64,000 nucleotides of DNA from an uncultured Acidobacteriota bacterium (GTDB lineage Bacteria; Acidobacteriota; Vicinamibacteria; Vicinamibacterales; CAVVIG01). Below, piece after piece: positions 52,450 to 61,818 of the stretch (positions are counted from its first letter, which is position 1; the number at the start of each line of letters is the position of its first letter). The position numbers and the translations under genes were made by a program. Where the stretch lies: the NCBI GenBank assembly GCA_963731545.1, contig CAVSWN010000004.1, forward strand, positions 1 through 64,000, given 5' to 3'. Below the pieces are notes generated by a model. The model made no database searches, was not told the origin of the DNA, and saw only the letters and a program-made list of their open reading frames with translations.

Positions 52450-53487
52450 GTGCGCGAAGTCGTCGACTGGCATTTCGATCCGGGAACGGGATGTCCGTTC
52501 TGGCTCGACTTCGCCGCGAAGGCCGGCTGGGATCCGCGGCGCGACGTGAAAACGTTTGCCGACCTCAACAAGTTCGGCGCGTTTCAGGACGAGTGGCTGC
52601 GTGGCGGGCCGGTTCAGCGCTGGATTCCCAAGGGCCTCGCGGGCAAGCCGGTGTTCGTTTTCGAAACCGGCGGGACGACCGGCGTGCCGAAGACGCGCGT
52701 GGCCTTCGAGGATTTCCGAACCGACTACGAACTGTTCAGCGAGACGCTGCCGGACGAGTTCTTCCCCAAGGGATCGAACTGGCTGATGCTCGGACCGTCG
52801 GGACCACGGCGTCTGCGGCTCGCGGTCGAGCACCTCGCGCAGTATCGCGGCGGCATCTGTTTTTGCGTCGATCTCGATCCGCGCTGGGTCATCAGGCTGA
52901 TCCAGAAAGGCTGGGGCGATCACCTGCAGGCGTACAAGGACCACGTGATCGACCAGGCGATCACGATTCTCGGGGCAGGACACGACATCCACTGCCTGTT
53001 TGCGACGCCGAAGCTGCTCGAATCGCTGGCGCTCCGGCTCGAGGCGAATGGCAAGACGATTCGCAAGGCCGGGATTACGGGAATTTTTTCGGGCGGCACC
53101 GAGTTTACGCCCCAATGGAACCGTTTCGCGCACGAAGAGCTCCTCGACGGCGCGTACATGACGCCCACCTACGGCAACACGCTGATGGGTCTGGCCGCGA
53201 GCGCGCCGAGCGGTCCGCACAACGACTACAAGATCACCTACTACGCGCCGCAGCCGCGCGCGGTGATTGAAGTCGTCGATCTCGACCACCCGGACCGCAT
53301 CGTCGAGTACGGCCAGACCGGACGCGTGAAGTTGACGACGCTGACGAAAGAGTTCTTCATGCCGGGCTTCCTCGAGCGCGACGAAGGCGAGCGCGAGCCG
53401 CCGTACGAAAAGTTCCCGTGGGATGGCATCAGCGGTGTGCGGCCGTTCCGCGCATTTGCGGCAACGACCACAGTGGGCGTGTACTAG
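52450..53487 (+). CDS. Adenylate-forming enzyme of the PaaK / F390-synthetase / LuxE (acyl-protein synthetase) / CapK superfamily; start uncertain
   Basis: …KPVFVFETGGTTGVPKTRVAFEDF… (AMP-binding core motif), ~346+ aa. Confidence 0.55.
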   Translation: MREVVDWHFDPGTGCPFWLDFAAKAGWDPRRDVKTFADLNKFGAFQDEWLRGGPVQRWIPKGLAGKPVFVFETGGTTGVPKTRVAFEDFRTDYELFSETLPDEFFPKGSNWLMLGPSGPRRLRLAVEHLAQYRGGICFCVDLDPRWVIRLIQKGWGDHLQAYKDHVIDQAITILGAGHDIHCLFATPKLLESLALRLEANGKTIRKAGITGIFSGGTEFTPQWNRFAHEELLDGAYMTPTYGNTLMGLAASAPSGPHNDYKITYYAPQPRAVIEVVDLDHPDRIVEYGQTGRVKLTTLTKEFFMPGFLERDEGEREPPYEKFPWDGISGVRPFRAFAATTTVGVY

Positions 53488-53558
53488 AACAAATGCAACC
53501 ACGAAGACACGAAAACACGAAGAAGAACGATAAGGTTCGGTTTGCGGCTTTAGAACAC

Positions 53559-54987
53559 ATGATTCATCTTCCTGTTCTACGCTGGGGTCAGTCCTACACC
53601 TCGCTCGAGGTCGACGAGGTCGTGCACTTTGCGACCGGGGAGCCGATCGCGAAGGTCAGCCGCGCCAACGGCGGCCTGATTCAGCGCGACAAGCGCAAGG
53701 CCTGGCGTGCGCGGGACGTGCTTCGTGAGATTCCCATCGACGAGTTGATCGCGCGAGTCGGCCAGGCGGGCGAGCTGTACACGAACGGCACGCTGCCGAT
53801 GGGCGACGGCACGCAGACGCCGGACGAGTTCGTGCGCGCGCAATCGGCGTCCACGGGCCTTCCCGAGCGCATGTGCCGCGCGAACATGAAGAAGAACGCG
53901 TTCGTGCTGACCGAGATGCGTTCGATTCTCACGTCGCTGACCCGCGGCCTCTCGTTCGACGTGCTGTCCCAGGGGCTACGGCGAGGAGCGCGGCGTGCCG
54001 ATCAGCTTTCAGCCGCAGAGTCCGGTCGTCGGCCTGGTGCTGCCGTCGAATTCGCCGGGCGTGCACACGCTCTGGCTGCCGGTGATCCCGCTGCAGGTCG
54101 GCCTCGTCCTCAAGCCCGGGCCGCAGGAACCGTGGACGCCGTATCGGATGGCCGAGGCGTTTTTTGCCGCCGGCATTCCGCGCGAGGCGATCTCGATCTA
54201 TCCGGGCCTTGGCGACGTCGGCGCCGCGGTGCTCGAAAGCTGCGGCCGAAGCATGATTTTCGGCGGCACCGCCACCGTGGATCGGTATCGAGGCAATCCC
54301 GCCGTGCAGGCGCACGGCCCCGGATTCTCGAAAATTCTGCTCGGCGACGATCAGGTCGATCGGTGGGAACAGTATCTCGACGTGATGGTCGACAGCGTGT
54401 TCCTCAACAGCGGACGCGGCTGCATCAACTGCTCCGGCATCTGGGCGAGCCGGCACACCCGCGAGATCGCCAACGCGATCGCGGAACGGTTTGCCTCCGT
54501 GCAGCCGCTGCCGCCCGAAGATCCCGAGGCCAGCCTGGCGGCCTTCACGGTTCCCGGCGTCGCGGACGCGATCTCGGCGGAGATCGAGAACGATCTGGAG
54601 ACGCCTGGCGTCACCGACGTGACGGCCACGCTGAGGAGCGGTCCGCGGCTGATCAAGACCGGCCGGGCCGACTATCTGCTGCCGACGGTGATTCATTGCG
54701 AGTCGCCGCGCGTCGGCGATTGCCACCAAGGAGTACATGTTTCCCGTTCGTGACGGTCGTGCAGTGCCCGGAATCCGACGATGCTCGGCGCGATCGGGCC
54801 GACGCTGGTGGGCAGCGCGATCACCTGCAACCCGGCGTTCCGCCGCGGGCTGATGGACGCCGTGCACATCGACCGGCTGAACCTGGGGCCCGTGCCGACC
54901 ACGCAGTTGAACTGGCGGCAGCCGCACGAGGGCAACCTGATCGATTTCCTGTTCCGGGCGCGCGCCTTTCAGACGGCGGACTTATGA
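53559..54987 (+). CDS. Aldehyde-dehydrogenase-superfamily protein (LuxC-type acyl-CoA reductase-like); frame changes ~53990 and ~54740
   Basis: MIHLPVLRWGQSYTSLEVDEVVHFATGEPIAKV… / …PVVGLVLPSNSPGVHTLWLPVIPLQVGLVLKPGPQEPWT… NSGRGCINCSG (catalytic Cys motif) / …MLGAIGPTLVGSAITCNPAFRRGLMDAVHIDRLNLG. Confidence 0.55.
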
Positions 54988-56344
54988 AGATCCTGTCCAT
55001 TACCGCCGGCGCCGCGGGGATGTATTGCGGCAGTTGCTCGCGCGACAACGCGCTCGCGGTCGAACTGATCGCGCGCGGCCACGACGTCACGCTGCTGCCG
55101 CTCTACACGCCGACCAATCCCGACGAAACCAACGTCAGCCGCGATCGCGTGCTGTTTGGCGGCATCAGCATCTACCTGCAGCAGCACATGCGCGCTGTTC
55201 CGCAAGACGCCGCGATTCCTGGATCGGCTGTGGGATTCGCCGGCGGTGATCCGATCGTTGGCCAGCCGCTCGATCTCGACCGACCCGAAGCTGCTGGGCG
55301 ACCTCACCGTGTCGATGCTGGAAGGGGACCGCGGCGTGCTGCGCAAGGAGTTCGACAAGCTGCGGGCCTGGCTCGCCGACGAGCCCGTGCCCGACCTGGT
55401 GAACATTTCGAACTCGCTCCTCATCAGCCTGGCGCGGCCGCTGCGCGACGCGCTGAAGCGGCCGATCTGCTGCACGCTGCAGGGCGAGGACCTGTTCCTC
55501 GACGATCTCATCGAGCCGTATCGAGGCAAGGCGATCGAGTTGATTCGGCGGCAGGTCGTGGACGTCGATCGGTTCATCGCGGTCAGCGACTACTACGTCG
55601 CGCCGATGGCGCGGCTGCTCAACGTCGCGCCGGAGCGCATCGACGTGGTGCCGCTCGGGATCAACCTCGACGGCTACAAGGTCAGGCAGGCTGCCGACGA
55701 CGACGTTTCGCGTCGGATATTTCGCGCGCATCGCGCCCGAAAAAGGTCTGCACGTGCTGGCCGAGGCCTATCCGATCTTCCGCCGGCGCACGGGCAACGC
55801 GCCGGTGCGGTTCGATGCGGCCGGGTACATCTCGCGCGCGCACGAGGGGTATCTCGCAACCATCAAGAGCGGTCTGGAGAAGGCGGGCGTCGCGAGCGAC
55901 TTCACGTATCACGGGGCAGTGGATCGCGCGGGCAAGCTGGCGTTCCTGCAGACGCTCGACGTGCTGTCGGTGCCGACGCCGTACGACGAGCCGAAGGGCG
56001 TGTTCCTGCTCGAGGCGCTGGCCAGCGGCGTGCCGGTGGTGCAGCCGCGGCGCGGGGCGTTTCCGGAGATCGTCGAGAAGACCGGCGGCGGGCTGCTGGT
56101 CACTCCGGATGATCCCCAGGCGCTCGCCGACGCGCTGTACAAGCTGTGGAACGATCGCGCGCTGGCGCGCGCCCTCGGCGAGCGCGGAGCGGTCGGCGTC
56201 CGGCTGCACTACAGCATTCAGCAATCGACCGATCGGCTGCTCGAGGTGTACGAATCGCTGCATGGATCGCCACGAAGCGACGCAAAGGCACGACAAGGTC
56301 TCAAGTCCTGGTTTCGTGACTTCGTGTTCTCGTGGCTGACCTGA
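54984..56344 (+). CDS. GT4-family glycosyltransferase; ATGA-coupled to upstream ALDH-like gene; frame changes ~55190, ~55720
   Basis: MKILSITAGAAGMYCGSCSRDNALAVELIARGHDVTLLPLYTP… / …GYFARIAPEKGLHVLAEAY…EPKGVFLLEALASGVPVVQPRRGAFPEIVE…GLLVTPDDPQALADAL. Confidence 0.7.
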
Positions 56345-57008
56345 TGCTCGAAGTTGCATCTCTCAAAACAGTACCCAACCCCGCGCGGACCGCTGACAGT
56401 GCTGTCCGACGTGTCGTTCACGCTCGCGCCGGGCGACGTGGCGGCGGTGACAGGGCCGTCGGGCAGCGGCAAGAGCTCGCTGCTGTACATCCTGGGCGCG
56501 CTCGAGCCGCCCTCGTCTGGAACCGTGACGATCGACGGCGCCAATCCCTTCGCGCTCAGCGCGACCGAGATCGCCGCGTTTCGAAACCGATCGATCGGAT
56601 TCGTCTTTCAGGATCACTGTCTCCTGCCGCAGCTCACGCTGCTCGAGAACGTGCTGATTCCGACGCTGGTCCCGGGGCCGGACGGCGACGAACGCGCGCG
56701 CGCCATGCAGCTGGTCGATCGCGTCGGGCTCGCCGATCGCATCGACCATCGGCCGGGTGAGCTGTCGGGCGGCGAGCGGCAGCGCGTCGCCATCGCACGC
56801 GCGCTCGTGCGGAACCCGAAGCTGGTGTTGTGCGACGAGCCCACCGGCAACCTGGATCGCGGCGCCGCCGACGGCGTCGCCGCGCTGCTGCTCGACCTCG
56901 CCGCCCGCGAACGCACGACGCTGATCATCGTCACCCACAGCGCGTCGACTGGCCGAGCGATGCCCGATTCGATTCGAGATCGTAGAGTGCCAGTTGCGGC
57001 GTGCGTGA
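56344..57008 (+). CDS. ABC transporter ATP-binding protein (LolD/MacB/FtsE-type); frame changes near start and ~56960
   Basis: …TGPSGSGKSSLLYILGALE… LSGGERQRVAIARAL…LVLCDEPTGNLD; C-terminus in other frame …THSASLAERCPIRFEIVECQLRRA*. Confidence 0.75.
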
Positions 57009-57125
57009 AACCACGCGAGGTCACGGTGGAAGAACCGAGGTCACTGTCATCGAGGATCGCAACCAGATCGGAACCGTGTCCTCGTTCGTGCTCGTGTCAC
57101 CGTGGTAGTGCATTTGTAACGGACA

Positions 57126-58103
57126 ATGCGGACGCGCCTACTCGTTCGCCGGAGCCTGCGCTACTACTGGCGCACGAATCTTGCCGTCGTGATCGGCGTC
57201 GCGACCGCCGTCGCCGTGCTGGCGGGCGCGTTGCTCGTCGGCGATTCGGTGCGGGGAAGCCTGCGCGACCTCGTGCTCCAGCGTCTGGGCCGCACCGATC
57301 GCGTCGTGCTCTCGTCGGGATTCTTTCGCGAAGCGCTCGCCGCCGACCTTCAGTCGGATCCGGGATTTCAGCAGACCGGCAGCACCGTGGCTCCGCTGAT
57401 CGCGATCCCAGGCACAGTCACCGATCAGGAAACGGGCCGCCGCGTCTCGCGCGTGCAGGTCTACGGCGTGGACGATCGGTTCTGGCAATTCCACGGCGTG
57501 ACTGGCGTGCGCGGTCCCGGTGGCCGCGAGGCGCTGCTCAGCCGTGCGCTCGCCGCCGACATCGGCGCCGTGCCGGACCACGCGGTGCTGGTGCGCGTCG
57601 AGCGGCCGTCGGCGATTCCCGTCGAGTCGCTGCACGGGCGGAAAGAGGATCTCGGCCGCACGCTGCGCCTGACGGTGCGCGCCGTCGTGGACGCGGAGCA
57701 GATGGGCGATTTCACGCTGCAGGCGCAGCAGGGCGACGTGCGCGCGGTGTTCGTGCCGCTTCGACGGTTGCAGGACGACCTCGACGTCGCCGGCCGGGCC
57801 AACGCGTTGCTGGTGGCCGGCGCTGCGCCTCTCGATGATCTGATCCGGCGGCGATTCGCGCTCGAAGACGTCGGGTTGTCGATCCGCGGTGCAGACGAAG
57901 TGATCGTTGAAGGCGCCGCCGGGCTGCTCGATGCGCCGCGCGCGCGCGCGGTCGAGGAGGCCGCGACGGCGACGGGCCTGACGTCGCACACCGTGCTGAC
58001 CTACCTGGCGAACACGATGAAGAGCGGCGATCGCGAGGTGCCGTATTCGCTGGTCAGCGCGCTGGATTTGAGCGCGATCCTGCCCGACGGACCGCGATCC
58101 TGA
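57126..58103 (+). CDS. FtsX/MacB-like ABC permease, segment 1 (stop codon contributed by partial REP)
   Basis: MRTRLLVRRSLRYYWRTNLAVVIGVATAVAVLAGALLVG… N-terminal TM + periplasmic domain. Confidence 0.5.
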   Translation: MRTRLLVRRSLRYYWRTNLAVVIGVATAVAVLAGALLVGDSVRGSLRDLVLQRLGRTDRVVLSSGFFREALAADLQSDPGFQQTGSTVAPLIAIPGTVTDQETGRRVSRVQVYGVDDRFWQFHGVTGVRGPGGREALLSRALAADIGAVPDHAVLVRVERPSAIPVESLHGRKEDLGRTLRLTVRAVVDAEQMGDFTLQAQQGDVRAVFVPLRRLQDDLDVAGRANALLVAGAAPLDDLIRRRFALEDVGLSIRGADEVIVEGAAGLLDAPRARAVEEAATATGLTSHTVLTYLANTMKSGDREVPYSLVSALDLSAILPDGPRS

Positions 58104-58104
58104 A

Positions 58105-59100
58105 ATGGTCGCGCTACAACAGCCTGGCGCTCCGTCGATCGTCGTCAATGATTGGACGGCGCAACGACTCGGCGTTCGCGTCGGCGATCCGGTTTCACTC
58201 GACTACTACGTGTGGGAAGAACCGGGCCGGCTGGCGACGCAGTCTGCGGAATTTCGCGTCGCGGCGATCGTGCCGATTGCCGGGCTCGCGGCCGATCGGG
58301 ATCTCGCGCCCGTGTATCCCGGAATCACGGACGCCAGGACGCTGTCCAACTGGGATCCGCCGTTTCCCGTCGATCTTCGCCGGATGGGCCGCGACGATGA
58401 GGATTACTGGGACAAGTACCGCACGACGCCGAAGGCGTTCATTCCGCTCGAGGTCGGCCAGCGGCTCTGGGCGTCGCGGTTTGGCGATCGCACGTCGATG
58501 CGCCTGGCGCCGCGCGACGGCGAGCTGACAGCCGAGACGCGCGATCGCTACGCGGCAGCGCTCCGCGCGCGTCTCAACCCGGCCGAGCTCGGGCTGATGG
58601 TGCGGTCGGTGCGCGACGAGAGCCTCCGTGCGTCGCGAGGCGCCACCGATTTCGGCGAGTACTTCTCGTACTTCAGCACCTTTCTGGTGGCGTCGGCGTT
58701 GCTTCTGGCGGTGTTGTTCTTTCGCCTGACTGTCGAGCAGCGCGCTCGCGAAACCGGACTGCTGCGCGCCGTCGGTGTGCCTCCCGCCCGCGTGCGGCGA
58801 ATGTTTCTCGCGGAAGGTCTCGTGCTGGGTGGCGTCGGCGCCGTTATCGGTGTCGCCGGTGCGGTCGCATACGGCGCGCTGATGATGTACGGGCTGCGCA
58901 CGTGGTGGTCCGGCGCGGTCGGGACGACGGCGCTGCGGCTGCATGTCGCGCCGGCGTCGCTCGCGGCGGGCGCGGCGGGCGCGCTCGTGGCGGCGATGAT
59001 TTGCATCTGGTGGACGCTGCGCAGATTGTCGCGGGTATCGGAGCGAAGTCTGCTGGCGGGGAACGTGTCAGTAGCGCGGCCCTTTCAGGGCCGCGATCGC
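58105..59100 (+). CDS. FtsX/MacB-like ABC permease, segment 2 (first FtsX 4-TM domain)
   Basis: …PSIVVNDWTAQRLGVRVGDPVSL… FSYFSTFLVASALLLAVLFFRLTVEQRARETGLLRAVGVPPARVRRMFLAEGLVLGGVGAVIGV; reads into REP pair at 59068-59128. Confidence 0.5.
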
Positions 59101-59128
59101 GGGCCTAAAAGGCCCGCGCTACAACTGC
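59068..59128. repeat. Inverted REP pair located between permease segments 2 and 3
   Basis: GTCAGTAGCGCGGCCCTTTCAGGGCCGCG … GCGGGCCTAAAAGGCCCGCGCTACAACTGCC. Confidence 0.75.
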
Positions 59129-59147
59129 CCGGCCGTCGGCGGCGAGC

Positions 59148-60494
59148 GTGTGTGCCCTCATCGCGCTCGCGCTCGTCGCCGCGGGCACGTTCGCCGGACT
59201 CGATCGCACCGCGGCGTTCTTCGGGTCGGGCAGCTTGCTGCTCATCGCGTGCCTGTGCTTCGTCGCGTCCAGACTCCGCCGGCCACCGCGCTCGGCGCTC
59301 GAAGGGCATGGCTGGCGGCCGATCTCCCGCATCGGCGTCCGCAACGCGGCGAATCGGCCGGGCCGCAGCGTGCTCGCCATTGGCGTCATCGCGTCGGCGA
59401 CGTTCCTGCTCGTCGCGGTCGGCGCGTTCCGCCGCGAAGGGCCGATCGCGCACGATCGCCACTCGGGCACGGGCGGCTACGGCGTCCTCGTCGATCTGCT
59501 GCTGCCGCTCGTCGCCGATCCGAACAGCCGCGACGGCCGCGAGGCCCTCGGACTCGAACCCGGCGAGTCGCTGCACATCGAACCGTTTCGCGTGCTCCCA
59601 GGAGACGATGCGAGCTGCCTGAATCTGTACGAGGCGACAAACCCGCGGGTGCTGGGCGTCAGCAAGGCGTTCGTCGACGCCGGGCGCTTCGCGTTTCAGT
59701 CGTCGCTGGCGTCGACCGACGCCGAGCGCGCCAACCCGTGGCTCCTTCTCAATCGGGATCTCGGCGCCGGCGTCGTGCCGGCGATTGCCGACGCCAACTC
59801 GATGACCTACGTGCTCCACAAGAAGCTCGGTGACGAGCTGCAGGTGGCGGGAGCGGGTCAGCCAGTCCGGGTGCGGCTCGTCGCCGCCCTCGCCGACAGC
59901 ATCTTCCAACGCGAGTTGCTGATCGCGGACGCACACTTCGTCCGCCAGTTTCCGGAGGAGGAAGGGTTTCGGTTTCTGCTGATCGACGGTCCGACGGCTC
60001 CGTCCCCGGCGCGGGGACGGAGCGTCGCGATCGAGCAGGGCGCCGCCGATCTCGGCGCGGACGCCGCGGGCACGTCGGCCCGCCTCGCCGAGTTTCATAC
60101 CGTCGAGAACACCTACCTCGCGACCTTCCAGGCGCTCGGCGGTCTGGGCCTGCTCGTCGGCACGCTGGGGCTCACCGCCGTCGTGCTGCGCAACGTGCTC
60201 GAGCGGCGGCGCGAACTGGCGCTGCTCGGCGCCGTCGGGTATGGGCGCTCCTCGATGTTCACCATCGTCATCTCGGAGAATCTGCTGCTGCTGGCCTGGG
60301 GTCTGGCAATCGGGACCGCGTGTGCCCTCGTGGCGATTGCGCCGGCTGCGCTCGAGCGCGGCGGCCGGCTTCCCGTCACGACCACGGTGGGCCTGTTGTT
60401 GTTTGCGGTGTTTCTCGCGGGCCTGTTATCGTCTGTAGTGGCAACGCGCGCGGCGCTGGGCACGCCGCTGCTTGAAGCGCTGCGATCGGAGTGA
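59148..60494 (+). CDS. FtsX/MacB-like ABC permease, segment 3 (second FtsX domain)
   Basis: GTG start; …[73 protein letters not shown]…. Confidence 0.55.
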   Translation: MCALIALALVAAGTFAGLDRTAAFFGSGSLLLIACLCFVASRLRRPPRSALEGHGWRPISRIGVRNAANRPGRSVLAIGVIASATFLLVAVGAFRREGPIAHDRHSGTGGYGVLVDLLLPLVADPNSRDGREALGLEPGESLHIEPFRVLPGDDASCLNLYEATNPRVLGVSKAFVDAGRFAFQSSLASTDAERANPWLLLNRDLGAGVVPAIADANSMTYVLHKKLGDELQVAGAGQPVRVRLVAALADSIFQRELLIADAHFVRQFPEEEGFRFLLIDGPTAPSPARGRSVAIEQGAADLGADAAGTSARLAEFHTVENTYLATFQALGGLGLLVGTLGLTAVVLRNVLERRRELALLGAVGYGRSSMFTIVISENLLLLAWGLAIGTACALVAIAPAALERGGRLPVTTTVGLLLFAVFLAGLLSSVVATRAALGTPLLEALRSE

Positions 60495-60498
60495 ACGA

Positions 60499-61818
60499 AT
60501 GATATCGACTCTTGGTATGTGCGCCCGTCATACGTCTCTCGTCGTTTTCATCCTTACCTTCTGCGGTATTGCTGTCTCCACGGTGTCCGCCGAAAACTGG
60601 CCGCAGTGGCGCGGCCCCTCGGCCAACGGCTTGAGCGGCGAGAAAGGCTTGCCGGTCCGCTGGTCGAAAACCGAAAACGTGACGTGGAAGATCGACATGC
60701 CGGCCTGGTCGGGATCGACGCCGATCATCTGGGGCGACCGCATTTTCCTGAACGTGGCCCACGATCTGAAGCAGCGCGAGGGCGACAACCTCTTCCTGTG
60801 GTCCATCGATCGCACCAAGGGCACCGTGCTGTGGAAGCGCCCGCTGAGCGGCGGGAATCACCAGGAGCGGAAGCAGAACATGTCGTCGCCGTCGCCGGTC
60901 ACCGACGGCAAGCGCGTCTGGGTCATGACCGGCACCGGGATCCTGAAAGCCTTCGACTTCGACGGCAAAGAGCTGTGGAGCCGCGACATTCAGAAGGACT
61001 ACGGCCGCTTCGGGTTGAACTGGGGCTACGGGTCGTCGCCGCTGCTCGTCGGCGACGCGTTGTACGTGCAGGTGCTGCACGGCATGAAAACCGACGATCC
61101 GTCGTACGTGCTGCGCATCGACGCCGCGACCGGCAAGACGCTGTGGCGCATGGAGCGGCCGACGCAGGCGCGCTTCGAGTCGCCGGACTCGTACACCACG
61201 CCGGCGTTGCTCAAGTACGGCGCGACGTCCGAGATTGTCGTCACCGGCGGCGACGCGGTCACCGGCCACGATCCCGCGACCGGCAAGGAACTGTGGCGCT
61301 TCAACGGGCTCAATCCGTACAACGACGGGAGCTATCGCATCGTGGCGTCGCCGGTCGTGCACGGCGACTTGATCGTCGTCCCCTCGCGCGAGCGCCCGAT
61401 GGTGGTCGTCAAGAGCGGCGGGCGCGGCGACATCAGCAAGTCGCATGTCCTCTGGTCGTTCGACAACGGACCCGACGTGCCCACGCCGGTCACCGACGGC
61501 ACCTACGTGTACGTCGTCAACGACCGCGGCATCATGTGGTGCCTCGACTTGAAGACGGGAAAAGAGATCTACGGCCGCCAGCGTCTGCGTTCGGCGACGT
61601 ACAGCGGTTCGCCGGTCCTGGCGGATGGGAAGATCTACGTCACGAACGAAGATGGCGTCACGGTCGTCGTGAAAGCGGGCCCGAAATTCGAGGTGCTCGC
61701 GGAAAACGATTTCGACGACTACACGCTCAGCTCGCCCGCGGTGTCGGAGGGGCAGATCTTCATTCGCACCGCGACGCAGCTGTACTGCCTCGGGAAGAGA
61801 ACCGCAGCGGCGCGGTGA
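60499..61818 (+). CDS. PQQ-like beta-propeller repeat protein, paralog 3 (intact, signal peptide)
   Basis: [84 protein letters not shown]…. Confidence 0.8.
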   Translation: MISTLGMCARHTSLVVFILTFCGIAVSTVSAENWPQWRGPSANGLSGEKGLPVRWSKTENVTWKIDMPAWSGSTPIIWGDRIFLNVAHDLKQREGDNLFLWSIDRTKGTVLWKRPLSGGNHQERKQNMSSPSPVTDGKRVWVMTGTGILKAFDFDGKELWSRDIQKDYGRFGLNWGYGSSPLLVGDALYVQVLHGMKTDDPSYVLRIDAATGKTLWRMERPTQARFESPDSYTTPALLKYGATSEIVVTGGDAVTGHDPATGKELWRFNGLNPYNDGSYRIVASPVVHGDLIVVPSRERPMVVVKSGGRGDISKSHVLWSFDNGPDVPTPVTDGTYVYVVNDRGIMWCLDLKTGKEIYGRQRLRSATYSGSPVLADGKIYVTNEDGVTVVVKAGPKFEVLAENDFDDYTLSSPAVSEGQIFIRTATQLYCLGKRTAAAR

